DNA of 64,000 bases from an uncultured cyanobacterium (GTDB lineage Bacteria; Cyanobacteriota; Cyanobacteriia; Cyanobacteriales; CAWUOF01), in the NCBI GenBank assembly GCA_963744145.1, contig CAVUSO010000001.1:2062831-2126830 (forward strand). The letters run 5' to 3'. The notes below the pieces were generated by a model. The model saw only the letters and a program-made list of their open reading frames with translations. It did no database searches and was not told where the DNA came from. The stretch's first letter is position 1. Every line of letters starts with the position of its first letter. This document shows positions 7,989-18,210 of the stretch, piece after piece. A program made the position numbers and the translations under genes.

Positions 7989-9849
7989 AGCCTTTTACAC
8001 AAACAACCTGCTTTAAAGTTGCTTCTATTTGCACTAAATCTGATTGCTGTTTCATCACTTCATCAATTGGCTTATAAGCCCCAGGTATTTCATCCAGAAC
8101 TCCCTGATCTTTACGACATTCTACACCCTTAGTTTGCTGAATCAAATCATCTAAAGTATAAAGATTTTTAGCCTTATTACGAGATAACAAACGCCCAGCA
8201 CCGTGGGAACAAGAGCAATAACTTTCAGCATTACCCTTACCTTTCACAATAAAAGACTTAGCTCCCATTGAACCAGGAATAATTCCATAATCTTCTAATT
8301 TCGCTCGAACTGCACCTTTGCGAGTGACATAAACCTCTTCACCAAAATGCACCTCTTTTTCTGCATAATTGTGGTGACAATTAACCTCTAATAAAGGCTT
8401 AATAGACTTTCCTCCAGCAAGATGTTTCTCAATAATCCGACGAAAACGAGCCATCATCACATCGCGATTAAAACGAGCATAATCTTGTGCCCATTGTAAA
8501 TCCCGCCAATAGGCTGCAAATTCTGGAGTTCCAGCCACAAAATAAGCTAAATCTTTATCTGGTAAAGGATTTTCTGCCAGTTTTGCTAATTCCTTAGCAG
8601 TATCAATATGACACTGAGCTAACATATTCCCAATATGGCGAGAACCAGAGTGCAACATCAGCCAAACATAGTTTTCGGTATCGAGACAAACCTCAATAAA
8701 ATGATTACCACCACCAAGAGATCCTAATTGTTTGATCGCTTTACCTTCTAAACGTTGCACACCGGGATGTAATTCTTTAAAATCACTCCATTTCTGCCAA
8801 TTAGTTACGCTTTTTTCAACATCTTTGTTTTCATTAAATCCTACTGGAATAGATGTTTCAATATCTAAGCGAATTTGTTTGAGTTTTCCCTCTAAGCGAT
8901 CGCCTACAAATGGAGTTTTAACAGCCATCATCCCACAGTTATGAACAAATATACCAGCAGTAAGAGCAAAATTACCGTATTCTGGTACTGTCAAACAGTA
9001 AACATCTTCACTATTTGATAAAGGGATAACATCTAACACTTTGTGATTATAGCCATGTTGGGATTTTCTATGGTTATGATGCCAATGAGAATTTTTTTCT
9101 ATTAGTAATCGATGATCGGAGGAATGATTCTTATTGCCCATCAATTCTAAGTTTTCTGGTCTATGAGCAAAACCATTAAAATTCTTATGATGAATAACTG
9201 TTCTTTGATTTTCAAATGAAGGTACTTTCCCCAATAATTTTGATCGGGCAATAATCCAATGTGCTTTTTGATATTTACCTGAATAATTCTGCTGGATTAA
9301 AGTATAGCCATACTTATCTGTTTTAGAATAGAATGGCATTAAAGATACACCCGCTTTGAGCTGGTTAGCTTCTTGATATGTGCCATCTCGTAGCATAAAC
9401 TGATGATCCGTCGTACATTTGATCTCTTCCCCATTATCTAGAATTACCTTTAGTAATGAAGCGTTACGACGAGTTAAGTGTGCCCTCGCTTTTGCTGCTA
9501 CTACTCTTCCACTTGGGGTACAAGAATAAACAATAAATTCTTCAGAAAGTAAAGTTAGTTCTTTGATTGGGTAAGATTTTCCGTCTGCCAGAGGAATTAA
9601 GGTATCCCCAGTAAAACAACCAATGTCCACACCCACAGCGGCAGGAATAATTGCTTCTTTGGTCGCAATTACTGATCCGACTAAAGCACCTTTACCTAAA
9701 TGCACATCTGGCATTAAAGCAATATGCTTAAATACAAATGGTAATGATGCTACATTTCTGGCCATTTTCTGCTCTTCATGGCCCAGTAAATGTCCAGCCC
9801 ATGATAAAACTGGGCTAGGTGCGGATAATTGTAACTGTTCGTAGGGCAT
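7987..9849 (-). CDS. rtcB: RNA-splicing ligase RtcB interrupted by an in-frame intein (extein about 393 aa, intein 227 aa)
   Basis: RtcB landmarks are present: MPDVHLGKGALVGSV, then AVGVDIG|C…HN|CGMM, where the conserved GVDIGCGM is split. C-terminal motifs GGGNHF, HSGSRHIG and NCHHNY follow. Confidence 0.85.
   Translation of the reverse strand: MPYEQLQLSAPSPVLSWAGHLLGHEEQKMARNVASLPFVFKHIALMPDVHLGKGALVGSVIATKEAIIPAAVGVDIGCFTGDTLIPLADGKSYPIKELTLLSEEFIVYSCTPSGRVVAAKARAHLTRRNASLLKVILDNGEEIKCTTDHQFMLRDGTYQEANQLKAGVSLMPFYSKTDKYGYTLIQQNYSGKYQKAHWIIARSKLLGKVPSFENQRTVIHHKNFNGFAHRPENLELMGNKNHSSDHRLLIEKNSHWHHNHRKSQHGYNHKVLDVIPLSNSEDVYCLTVPEYGNFALTAGIFVHNCGMMAVKTPFVGDRLEGKLKQIRLDIETSIPVGFNENKDVEKSVTNWQKWSDFKELHPGVQRLEGKAIKQLGSLGGGNHFIEVCLDTENYVWLMLHSGSRHIGNMLAQCHIDTAKELAKLAENPLPDKDLAYFVAGTPEFAAYWRDLQWAQDYARFNRDVMMARFRRIIEKHLAGGKSIKPLLEVNCHHNYAEKEVHFGEEVYVTRKGAVRAKLEDYGIIPGSMGAKSFIVKGKGNAESYCSCSHGAGRLLSRNKAKNLYTLDDLIQQTKGVECRKDQGVLDEIPGAYKPIDEVMKQQSDLVQIEATLKQVVCVKG
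8938..9618 (-). mobile_element. Intein (227 aa) with an HNH homing-endonuclease-like insert, inside rtcB
   Basis: Starts with C FTGDTLI (block A) and has CTTDHQFML (block B). It ends IFVHN followed by the extein +1 Cys (block G). Internally, HHKNFNGFAHRPENLELMGNKNH…HWHHNH fits an HNH nuclease motif. Coordinates derive from residues 78-304 of the 620-aa ORF. Confidence 0.75.
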
Positions 9850-9905
9850 GATCTTTGCTCATCTTTGTTCAGATAATTATATACTACATTAATACTACAA
9901 AATTT

Positions 9906-10295
9906 TCAAGAGGTTTCAGACCGAAGTTGATGAATATTTGTTTCCCAGTTAGCACCATCAAAAGAAATTACTTGGAACCGATCGCCCACATGGTCATCAA
10001 GACAGTGGATATTCACATCGAAACAGTCGGGATGCGATCGCGGGCGATAAAAGGAGTGAATCCCACAAATCCGGCAAAAAATATGTTTAGCAATACCTGT
10101 ATTAAAGGTATAAGTTGTTAATTCATTTTCACCTTGGAGCAGGGTAAAATTTTCCGGTGGTACAATTAAGTGTAAAAAACCTTTTTTTCGACAAATTGAA
10201 CAATTACAATCAATTGCTTGATGTTGATTGATCATAACTTGAAACCGAACTGCTCCACAGTGACAACCACCTTGATAGGTAACTAAATTTTCCAT
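9906..10295 (-). CDS. GFA-family (glutathione-dependent formaldehyde-activating / CENP-V-like) zinc-binding protein
   Basis: GGCHCGAVRF … CNCSICRKKG … CRICG cysteine pattern typical of the GFA/Mss4-like fold. Confidence 0.65.
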   Translation of the reverse strand: MENLVTYQGGCHCGAVRFQVMINQHQAIDCNCSICRKKGFLHLIVPPENFTLLQGENELTTYTFNTGIAKHIFCRICGIHSFYRPRSHPDCFDVNIHCLDDHVGDRFQVISFDGANWETNIHQLRSETS

Positions 10296-10305
10296 ATTCT
10301 GTAAA

Positions 10306-10995
10306 TTAGGAGCTAATTGTTTGGCGATCGCGATTAATTAAAATTCCTCGCATTCCTACAGTTTTAGCAGCTTGGTAATCTTCTTTATAACTATCACCAA
10401 TATGCCAAGCATTGATAGTTAAACATCGATGTTTTTTTAAGCCAACTCGAAAAATATGAGGATCAGGTTTAGCCGCACCAACTTCTGTAGAAATTGTCAC
10501 CGATGAGAAATATTTGGCTAAATCCAAAGCTTTTAAAACTGAATAAAGACGAGTATCGAAATTAGAGATCACACCGAGAGTAATCTGAGTCTGATGCAGT
10601 TGTTCTAAAACAGGTAAAACATCAGGATAAACAAACCAAGGTTTAGCAGTGGCAAAATAGGAATATAGTTCAGCAAAAAAACCGGGAAAATCGGCAAAAT
10701 CATTAATTACCCCAGCTTGTTGAAAGGTTTGGGTCGCGATCGCTTGCCACCATTCAAATTCTAAAGCGGGCACATCGGACTGATTTACTCCGGCAAATGA
10801 GGAGGAATTTGCTGATTGAAAACTCTGAGCAAAAGCTAAATTTATTTGATCAGCAGCAACCTTTACTCCAAATTGACTTGCTAAATCAGCATATACTTGA
10901 CCGACACTACCACGCACTCCAAACAAAGTGCCAACTGCATCAAAAAAAATTACCTTTGGTATTGATATTTTAATATTCATCTGTTGAGCGATCAA
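10306..10995 (-). CDS. HAD-superfamily hydrolase
   Basis: Motif I FFDAVGTLF (DxxGT). VISNFD and a late GDSYKED motif match HAD motifs III and IV. Confidence 0.65.
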   Translation of the reverse strand: MIAQQMNIKISIPKVIFFDAVGTLFGVRGSVGQVYADLASQFGVKVAADQINLAFAQSFQSANSSSFAGVNQSDVPALEFEWWQAIATQTFQQAGVINDFADFPGFFAELYSYFATAKPWFVYPDVLPVLEQLHQTQITLGVISNFDTRLYSVLKALDLAKYFSSVTISTEVGAAKPDPHIFRVGLKKHRCLTINAWHIGDSYKEDYQAAKTVGMRGILINRDRQTISS

Positions 10996-11048
10996 AAGAA
11001 AGTTTTTCGGTTCATTGCGAGAGGATTACTTTGACAATTTATTGCTGA

Positions 11049-12248
11049 TTACTTATCAGTTAATACCCAGGTAAAAATTGGTTTAGCCATCCAATTTATC
11101 CCAACTTTTAACTGATGATCTAATGTGGGCATTCGATAAAGGTAGGCTAAACGTCGAAAGACTGTAGCCCATATTCCATCTAGTTTGATTCCTAAACCGG
11201 TCAGGGTAGCATCATTAATTCCCAAAGTCATCATTTCCCCTAATTGCTGATAATGAAAAGGAAGTAAAGGTCTTCCCGTCAGAGTAGCCCAAACATTCCA
11301 AGCGACATAATCAGCTTCTTGAATTGCAACTTGAGCAGTTTGGGGCATTTTTTGTCCAGAGACATCTTGACATTCGACTAAATCACCCACACCAAAAATT
11401 TCTGGATAGTCAATCGTTTGAAGAGTAGTCGTGACAATTAATTGACCGCGTGGATTAAATTTGAGGGGCAGATCGCGCAGTGTTTGGGGGATACGGATAC
11501 CCACAGTCCAGATCGCAATATCTACCGGGATTGGATCAATCTGTCCTTTATATAAGAGGGAAATTTGATCAGCTTGAATAGAATCGACAGTAGTTTCTAA
11601 ATCAATCCAAACACCTTTATCAGCTAAAGCTTTTCTGGCGGTTTCTCGATTATATTCAGATGACGATCGCAAAATTTCACTACTTTGTTCAATTAAGCGT
11701 AAACGTCCTCTTGTTCCCAGGCGATCGGCTAGTTTACAGGCTAATTCTACACCACTATAACCAGCACCAACAATCGCAATGCGAATTTTATCTTGCTCTG
11801 ATTCTTCGGCAATTCGCAACTTTTCTTCTAAACGATAAGCATCAGCGATCGTGCGGAACCCAATAGCATATTCTGCGGCACCCTGTACCAGGTTGCTCGG
11901 AGTTTCTCCACCTAATGCTAAGACTAAGTGAGTATAGGACAATTCCAGACCATTTTGTAATTGTACCTGTTTAGCAGCAATATCAATTTTCTCTACTGCT
12001 GCTTGGATAAAGCGAATACCTGTATGAGAGAGAAGTTCAGAAAAAGCTGGGGCTATTTCCCAAGTTTGCAATTCTCCGGTCAGGAGTTCATACAGTAAAG
12101 GTGAAAATAAAAAGCGATCGTTACGATCTACTAGAATAATTTCGGGTTGTTCTGGTTTTTCCCAAGGTAATTGACTTAAACGAAGAGCTGTGTAGAGACC
12201 TCCAAATCCCCCACCTAGGATAACTATACTTCTCGGTTGTTGGGTCAT
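11049..12248 (-). CDS. Type II NADH dehydrogenase (NDH-2) / FAD-dependent pyridine nucleotide-disulfide oxidoreductase
   Basis: N-terminal IVILGGGFGGLYTA FAD-binding Rossmann motif. A second dinucleotide motif IAIVGAGYSGVELA is present. Length ~400 aa. Confidence 0.7.
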   Translation of the reverse strand: MTQQPRSIVILGGGFGGLYTALRLSQLPWEKPEQPEIILVDRNDRFLFSPLLYELLTGELQTWEIAPAFSELLSHTGIRFIQAAVEKIDIAAKQVQLQNGLELSYTHLVLALGGETPSNLVQGAAEYAIGFRTIADAYRLEEKLRIAEESEQDKIRIAIVGAGYSGVELACKLADRLGTRGRLRLIEQSSEILRSSSEYNRETARKALADKGVWIDLETTVDSIQADQISLLYKGQIDPIPVDIAIWTVGIRIPQTLRDLPLKFNPRGQLIVTTTLQTIDYPEIFGVGDLVECQDVSGQKMPQTAQVAIQEADYVAWNVWATLTGRPLLPFHYQQLGEMMTLGINDATLTGLGIKLDGIWATVFRRLAYLYRMPTLDHQLKVGINWMAKPIFTWVLTDK

Positions 12249-12329
12249 AAGTTTAGTGATTGCCTTTACTCTTTCCAGAATAGCAATTAGCGTGGAGTTG
12301 AGGTGGTTATTTTTCAGCGTGAGGGCAAA

Positions 12330-13433
12330 ATGCGACGGTTATTTTTTTATTTGCTGGTGGGTTTGTTAGTATTATGCTTAGGATCAGAAAGTGCGATCGC
12401 CAATATGTCCTCTCCCTGGAGTCCGGGAGACCCCATCGGAGAACCAGTTGGTGTTTTTCGTCAGTTAGATATTGTCACCGAAAAGTTATCCTTTGATTTG
12501 CGATCGCTGGCTCATCAAAATTCCGGTCAAGTCACTGCTACCTACCAAATTCGCAATTCGGGTAAAAGTGTGAGTGTTGATCTAGTTTTTATTTCTCCTG
12601 GGATTAAAACTGGTAATGTCACGTTAGATGACAAAAAAGTTTCTGCAAATATAATTCCTAAACCCTCTCTACCCCAGGAATGGGATCACCTGATCCAATT
12701 ACCAATTATGAGTGACAAAATCAACTGGGCTGATAGCGGTAGAATTAGCGTGAGTGGTGCTGGTGAATCTGCGCTTAGTTTTCAGACCATCTTACCAAGT
12801 GGAGAACATTCATTGCAAGTTAGCTATGAGATCAGACCGGGCACATATAATGGTAATGATATCTATCGAGAATATAATATTGGCTATTTATTAGCTCCCG
12901 CGCGATCGTGGGCTACTTTTGGTAAGTTAGATATTCAGGTGAATCTCCCCCATGGGTGGGAAGTAGTAACTACACCCTTAAAATTGCCACGTCAGGGTGA
13001 TACTTTAACCGGAAGTTTTGCGGGTCTTCCTAGTGATACGTTCGCGATCGCTACTCGTCCGACCTTGTGGTTATTTAGTTTAATTATTAGTATAATTGTC
13101 GAAGTTTCTATTTGGATAATGGGGTTAATTGCTTGTGTTTTTTTCGGGCAAAAATTAGCCCGAATCAGATATCGTGAAGGTACTATTGAATGGCTGCTCT
13201 CGACCGTTATTTTTTTCATACTCATGTTATGTGGTGGATTAATGGTGCCGTTCATCGGTCTAACCGGAGAATACTTTAGTTTATTAATTTTAGATAACGG
13301 ACATCTTTCTAGTAGTTGGTCTTATGGACAAAATATCTTGCGATTGTTAGTATTTCCCTTCATCGGTTTTGGCTTAGGTATTTTTCTCATGCCCTTTGCT
13401 TTTATTTATTGGCGTTATTTTCAAAAAACCTAA
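12330..13433 (+). CDS. Hypothetical exported/membrane protein (signal peptide, ~240-aa extracytoplasmic domain, 3-4 C-terminal TM helices)
   Basis: An ATG at 12330 with GAGGG upstream begins MRRLFFYLLVGLLVLCLGSESAIA, a signal-peptide-like sequence. The C-terminal third is strongly hydrophobic. No catalytic motif recognised. Confidence 0.45.
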   Translation: MRRLFFYLLVGLLVLCLGSESAIANMSSPWSPGDPIGEPVGVFRQLDIVTEKLSFDLRSLAHQNSGQVTATYQIRNSGKSVSVDLVFISPGIKTGNVTLDDKKVSANIIPKPSLPQEWDHLIQLPIMSDKINWADSGRISVSGAGESALSFQTILPSGEHSLQVSYEIRPGTYNGNDIYREYNIGYLLAPARSWATFGKLDIQVNLPHGWEVVTTPLKLPRQGDTLTGSFAGLPSDTFAIATRPTLWLFSLIISIIVEVSIWIMGLIACVFFGQKLARIRYREGTIEWLLSTVIFFILMLCGGLMVPFIGLTGEYFSLLILDNGHLSSSWSYGQNILRLLVFPFIGFGLGIFLMPFAFIYWRYFQKT

Positions 13434-13524
13434 AATCAAGCATGAAGCTGAAAGTAAACATCAGCGAGAATCGTTTTTGCGAGTTTCACCTGAAAATGCT
13501 CTAGATGCTAAATTGGGAACTAAC

Positions 13525-15156
13525 ATGATGAATAAATGTATTTTACTTTATACAGATGACTCAATTTTTGGGGGAGTAGCACATTATAATCACTCACTTT
13601 TATGTGGATTAGCTACAGAATTTAGTTACCAGTTGAAATACGCCCAAACCTATAATAATCGACCCTTAGCTATCCAAGAAAAAAACCTAGGAATTGAACA
13701 TATATGGTTAGATTTTGATACCTGCAAAAGCTTTAAACGGACTCTGACTAACTTAGATGATGCTCGTCAAGTTTTAGCAATTGCTAAACCTGATCTAGTC
13801 ATTTTTAGTAACGCTTGTCCTTTTTCAAATTTGGCTGCTAAAAGCGTAGTAATTGACTTAAATATTCCTTTTATTATCATTGAACATTTCACCCCCGCAT
13901 ATTTACTTGAAAATTTTGCTATCTGGTTAGATGAACTAGAGCGACATTATCATTATGCAACGACAGTTATTGCCGTTTCCCATGAAAATTTAGCGCTTTT
14001 GCATAAATTCTTTAGACTACCCAAACATCAAGGAAAAGTTATTTATAATGGACGCCCACCAGAATATTTTGAGCCAATTAGCTTATCAATTAGAAATCAT
14101 TATCGCCAGAAAATTGGGATTCCAGAAGATGCTGTAATTTGTTTTACTGCTGCTCGGGTAGAACTGGTTAAAGGTTATGAATATCAATTCCAAGCGATTC
14201 AATTACTGAAAAACTATTATTTATGGTCTAAAATTTACTTTGTCTGGAGTGGAACTGGCCATTTCGACTCCCAGCTAGAAAAATTAATCAATCAATTAGG
14301 ACTAAAAAATAAAATTAAATTTTTAGGACATTGTTGGGATGTAAAATCATGGCTCGATGCTAGCGATATTTTCATATTACCATCAAAATCTGAGGGAATG
14401 CCCTTAGCCATTATGGAAGCAATGGCTAAAGGATTACCTGTGATTGCTTCTGCGGTTAATGGGATTCCAGAAGAATTAGGAGATACCGGTCAACTCCTAA
14501 CTGATCCTAATATTAATTCTACTGCAACAGTTAATGAATTAGTCACCACAATCCAAGCTTGGGTTGAAAATCCAAAATTACGTTATTTAATTGGTCAAAA
14601 CTGTCAGAAAAGAGCAGAAGCAATGTTTACACAAGCTAGGATGGTAAAACAAATGGTGGAAACTATTGAAGAAGCTCTATTACCGCTCGGAAATTTAGCT
14701 AATTACTGGCAAAACTATGAAGTTAATACAAGGAACACAAAAACCTTAACTGAATTCATCAATCGTCTCCACAACTGTGTCAATCTTTATCGGATTGATC
14801 CGTCAAAGCAATCGATCGTTCTCGAACTCCGTCAACTACGTCAAGAATTAGCTAATTTTTGGCTAAAAGTACCTGATCATCACCTAGAAACCATTTACCA
14901 AGATCACCTCATCAAAGTCTATCAGTCTCTGATGAACTGTGGTTTTCGGAGTGAACCACTAACAGAAATGGAACAAACTTTACTCCAAGAATTAGCTAAT
15001 CAACTCAGAAAAGGATTTGAACAACCCCAAGCTCTTAATTACTTACTAGCCATCATGCTCTACTTACCCAGTGGTAAAATGCGGGTAGCTAATCCCTCAA
15101 CTAATTTACCTCAGTGGTTATTGAAAGATTATCAACAATTTTTTGAAACTGGTTGA
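13525..15156 (+). CDS. Glycosyltransferase family 4 (GT-B, group 1) with a ~150-aa C-terminal extension of unknown function
   Basis: EGMPLAIMEAMAKGLPVIAS matches the EX7E GT1/GT4 signature. The start is taken at the MMNKC ATG (13525) to avoid overlap with the upstream gene. Residues ~420-544 have no obvious GT homology. Confidence 0.65.
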   Translation: MMNKCILLYTDDSIFGGVAHYNHSLLCGLATEFSYQLKYAQTYNNRPLAIQEKNLGIEHIWLDFDTCKSFKRTLTNLDDARQVLAIAKPDLVIFSNACPFSNLAAKSVVIDLNIPFIIIEHFTPAYLLENFAIWLDELERHYHYATTVIAVSHENLALLHKFFRLPKHQGKVIYNGRPPEYFEPISLSIRNHYRQKIGIPEDAVICFTAARVELVKGYEYQFQAIQLLKNYYLWSKIYFVWSGTGHFDSQLEKLINQLGLKNKIKFLGHCWDVKSWLDASDIFILPSKSEGMPLAIMEAMAKGLPVIASAVNGIPEELGDTGQLLTDPNINSTATVNELVTTIQAWVENPKLRYLIGQNCQKRAEAMFTQARMVKQMVETIEEALLPLGNLANYWQNYEVNTRNTKTLTEFINRLHNCVNLYRIDPSKQSIVLELRQLRQELANFWLKVPDHHLETIYQDHLIKVYQSLMNCGFRSEPLTEMEQTLLQELANQLRKGFEQPQALNYLLAIMLYLPSGKMRVANPSTNLPQWLLKDYQQFFETG

Positions 15157-15354
15157 TTTTGACTCATTAAGAAAATGGAGAATAGAGCCGAGATGTCCAG
15201 ACAACAACTCCAAAAATGCAAGCTCAAGCGCCTTTTGTTGAGAAGATTGTAAAGTCATATTGCAACTCTTTGCTAAATATTGAGAGATCCGGCAAAATCT
15301 AACCAAGAAAGTCTTCTGGAAATTTAACGAAATATTACAAGGAACAAGCCAACC

Positions 15355-15666
15355 ATGAATAATCTGCAAAGATACCGCTTTGTCTGTACCCTCACCTTTG
15401 GCGATATCTACGGACAAATAATTATCTGGTTAATCGTCATCTTCCTTAGTCTAGCTTCTGCCTTAGCTTTGTGGAGTACAACTCGGCAAATATACGCATT
15501 AGCCACAATTGGCTTAATCGTCGTATTGTCCTTACCATTTCTCCTGTTTGCCTTTGTTACTACTCTGATCAATCATATTGAATTTGTTGCCATCGATAAA
15601 GAAACATCAGCACAAACCGCAGGTGCAAGTATGTCAGCACAGACCGCTATGCAAGGAACCAAATAA
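15355..15666 (+). CDS. Hypothetical small membrane protein (2 TM)
   Basis: Two hydrophobic helices in the translation. It lies in the intergenic gap between the GT gene and sdhA. Confidence 0.35.
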   Translation: MNNLQRYRFVCTLTFGDIYGQIIIWLIVIFLSLASALALWSTTRQIYALATIGLIVVLSLPFLLFAFVTTLINHIEFVAIDKETSAQTAGASMSAQTAMQGTK

Positions 15667-15787
15667 AATTGACCATTGGTCAAGATTTTGGAGATGAAAA
15701 ACCAAAACTTTCCCTACCTGATGATGGTAGGGAATCGTTTTTTCAGTAACCATAGTAATCAGTAAAATAGATCATAATTTTCCCAAA

Positions 15788-17515
15788 ATGCTAGAACATG
15801 ATGTAATTATTGTTGGTGGTGGGTTAGCTGGATGTCGCGCTGCACTAGAAATTGCTCGTACTGATCCGAGTTTAAGTATCGCTGTTGTGGCTAAAACCCA
15901 CCCAATTCGTTCCCACTCAGTTGCGGCTCAAGGGGGTATGGCTGCATCCCTGAAAAATGTCGATCCAGAAGATAGTTGGGAAGCTCATGCTTTTGATACT
16001 GTTAAAGGTTCCGATTATTTAGCTGATCAAGATGCAGTCGAAATACTTACCCGTGAAGCTCCAGATGTGGTAATTGATTTAGAACATTTGGGAGTATTGT
16101 TCTCCCGATTGCCCGATGGTCGGATTGCCCAGCGAGCATTTGGAGGTCATTCTCACAATCGGACTTGTTACGCAGCAGATAAAACTGGTCACGCGATTCT
16201 GCACGAATTGGTTAATAATCTGCGTCGTTACGGTGTCTATATATATGATGAATGGTACGTTACCCGGCTCATTTTAGAAGATGGACAAGCCAAAGGGTTG
16301 GTCATGTACCATATTCAAGACGGTCAATTAGCGATCGCGCGTGCGAAAGCGATCATGTTTGCGACTGGTGGATATGGAAGAGTTTACAATACCACCTCCA
16401 ATGATTATGCCTCGACGGGTGATGGGTTAGCCATGTCCGCGATCGCTGGTGTCCCCCTGGAAGATATGGAATTTGTCCAGTTTCATCCGACCGGATTATA
16501 TCCAGTGGGAGTGTTAATTTCCGAAGCGGTCCGGGGTGAAGGTGCTTATTTAATTAATAGTCAGGGCGATCGCTTCATGGCTAATTATGCACCTAGTCGG
16601 ATGGAATTAGCACCTCGGGATATTACTTCGCGAGCGATCACGCGGGAAATTCGGGCTCAACGAGGTATTCATGTTGATGGAAGTGCGGGGGGTCCTTTTG
16701 TTTATCTCGATTTGCGTCATCTGGGACGAGAAAAAATTATGAGTCGGATTCCCTTTTGTTGGGAAGAAGCTCATCGATTATTAGGGATTGATGCGGTAAA
16801 TCAACCTATGCCAGTACGTCCTACGGTACATTATTCTATGGGGGGAATACCTGTTGATACGGATGGAAAAGTCCGTAGTGGTGTAGATGGTTTTGTCGAT
16901 GGTTTTTTTGCTGCTGGTGAAACTGCTTGTGTTTCGGTTCATGGTGCTAACCGACTGGGTAGTAATTCCTTACTGGAATGTGTAGTATATGGAAAAAGAA
17001 CTGGTGCTGCGATCGCGAACTACGTGCAAAATCGTAAGCTTCCCGTGATCGATGAACAAAAATATCTGAGGGAAACAGAGAAATTATTTCAGTCCCTAAT
17101 CAATCAAACAGGTACAATTCGGATTGGTCAATTGCGCCAAAATTTTCAAGACTGCATGACTGATCATTGTGGGGTGTTTCGGACATCAGAAATCATGAGT
17201 CAAGGATTAACTAAGCTGGAAGAATTACAGCAACAATACTCACAAATTTACCTTGATGATAAAGGGAAACTTTGGAACACCGAAATTATCGAAGCTTTAG
17301 AATTGAGAAGCTTAATGATTGTCGGTCGATTGATTTTAACCTCTGCTTTGAACCGTCAAGAAAGTAGAGGATCTCATTGTCGGGAGGACTATATTGAACG
17401 AGATGATCAGAATTTTCTCAAGCACACACTAGCTTACTATTCTCCTACAGGAATTGAACTCCAATATTTACCTGTAAAGATTAGTATGTTTGAACCTAAA
17501 GAACGGAAGTATTAA
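15788..17515 (+). CDS. sdhA: Succinate dehydrogenase / fumarate reductase flavoprotein subunit
   Basis: VIIVGGGLAGCRAALE FAD motif. HSVAAQGG covers the covalent-FAD His region. The RxxRGEGA-type and HYSMGG motifs are present. Length 575 aa. Confidence 0.85.
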   Translation: MLEHDVIIVGGGLAGCRAALEIARTDPSLSIAVVAKTHPIRSHSVAAQGGMAASLKNVDPEDSWEAHAFDTVKGSDYLADQDAVEILTREAPDVVIDLEHLGVLFSRLPDGRIAQRAFGGHSHNRTCYAADKTGHAILHELVNNLRRYGVYIYDEWYVTRLILEDGQAKGLVMYHIQDGQLAIARAKAIMFATGGYGRVYNTTSNDYASTGDGLAMSAIAGVPLEDMEFVQFHPTGLYPVGVLISEAVRGEGAYLINSQGDRFMANYAPSRMELAPRDITSRAITREIRAQRGIHVDGSAGGPFVYLDLRHLGREKIMSRIPFCWEEAHRLLGIDAVNQPMPVRPTVHYSMGGIPVDTDGKVRSGVDGFVDGFFAAGETACVSVHGANRLGSNSLLECVVYGKRTGAAIANYVQNRKLPVIDEQKYLRETEKLFQSLINQTGTIRIGQLRQNFQDCMTDHCGVFRTSEIMSQGLTKLEELQQQYSQIYLDDKGKLWNTEIIEALELRSLMIVGRLILTSALNRQESRGSHCREDYIERDDQNFLKHTLAYYSPTGIELQYLPVKISMFEPKERKY

Positions 17516-17519
17516 ATAT

Positions 17520-17546
17520 AAGGGTGGGTAATTCCCACCCTTATTA
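17520..17546 (+). terminator. Hairpin terminator after sdhA
   Basis: aagggtggg-taatt-cccaccctt, a perfect 9-bp stem immediately 3' of the stop, followed by an AT-rich tract. Confidence 0.5.
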
Positions 17547-17574
17547 ATAAGTATTTACACACCAGTAGTAAATT

Positions 17575-18189
17575 ATGGTTAAATCCTTATCAAAACCAAA
17601 AACTTTCGCTGAATTTATCCAGTGGAAACCGGAAAATAAACACTATGAACTGCATGATGGAGCAATTATTGAAATGCCCCAACCAACAGGTGAACATGAA
17701 GATATTGTGGGATTTTTAGCGGAAAAACTGACTTTAGAATATGTTCGTCTCAACCTTCCCTATTCTATTCCAAAAACGGCGCTGGTTAAATCAGCATCAA
17801 GTGAATCAGCTTATTCACCAGATCTATTGTTAATCAACCGTTCTAATTTGATCAACGAACCTTTTTGGAAAAAAGAATCTACCGTAACTATGGGTGCATC
17901 TATTCCTTTAGTTATTGAAGTGGTTAGCACTAATTGGCGAGATGATTACTACAAAAAATATGGGGAGTATGAAGGTATAGGAATTTCCGAGTATTGGATT
18001 GTAGATTATCTGGCTCTAGGTGCTGGTAAATTTGTTGGTAATCCTAAACAACCGACTGTTTCTATTTACTTTTTAGTAGAGGGAGAATACCAAGTTAGTC
18101 AATTTAGAGGAAATGACAACATTCAATCATTAATTTTCCCAGAGTTAAGTTTAACTGCCCAACAAATATTTCGATCGGTAAGTGAATAA
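17575..18189 (+). CDS. Uma2-family (DUF820) PD-(D/E)xK endonuclease-like protein
   Basis: FAEFIQWKPENKHYELHDGAIIEMPQPTGEHEDIVGFL… matches the Uma2 N-terminal consensus. It is one of five paralogues in the window. Confidence 0.7.
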   Translation: MVKSLSKPKTFAEFIQWKPENKHYELHDGAIIEMPQPTGEHEDIVGFLAEKLTLEYVRLNLPYSIPKTALVKSASSESAYSPDLLLINRSNLINEPFWKKESTVTMGASIPLVIEVVSTNWRDDYYKKYGEYEGIGISEYWIVDYLALGAGKFVGNPKQPTVSIYFLVEGEYQVSQFRGNDNIQSLIFPELSLTAQQIFRSVSE

Positions 18190-18210
18190 GATTTATAAAC
18201 CAATGCAATT

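Noticed and set aside
13316-13504. ORF 13316..13504, and the 13396 start of the long glycosyltransferase ORF
   Set aside because: Both overlap the C-terminal TM region of the upstream gene in another frame. The glycosyltransferase more plausibly starts at the ATG at 13525.
15118-15417. 99-aa minus-strand ORF between the glycosyltransferase gene and sdhA
   Set aside because: It overlaps the glycosyltransferase 3' end and a better-supported plus-strand small membrane ORF. No motifs.
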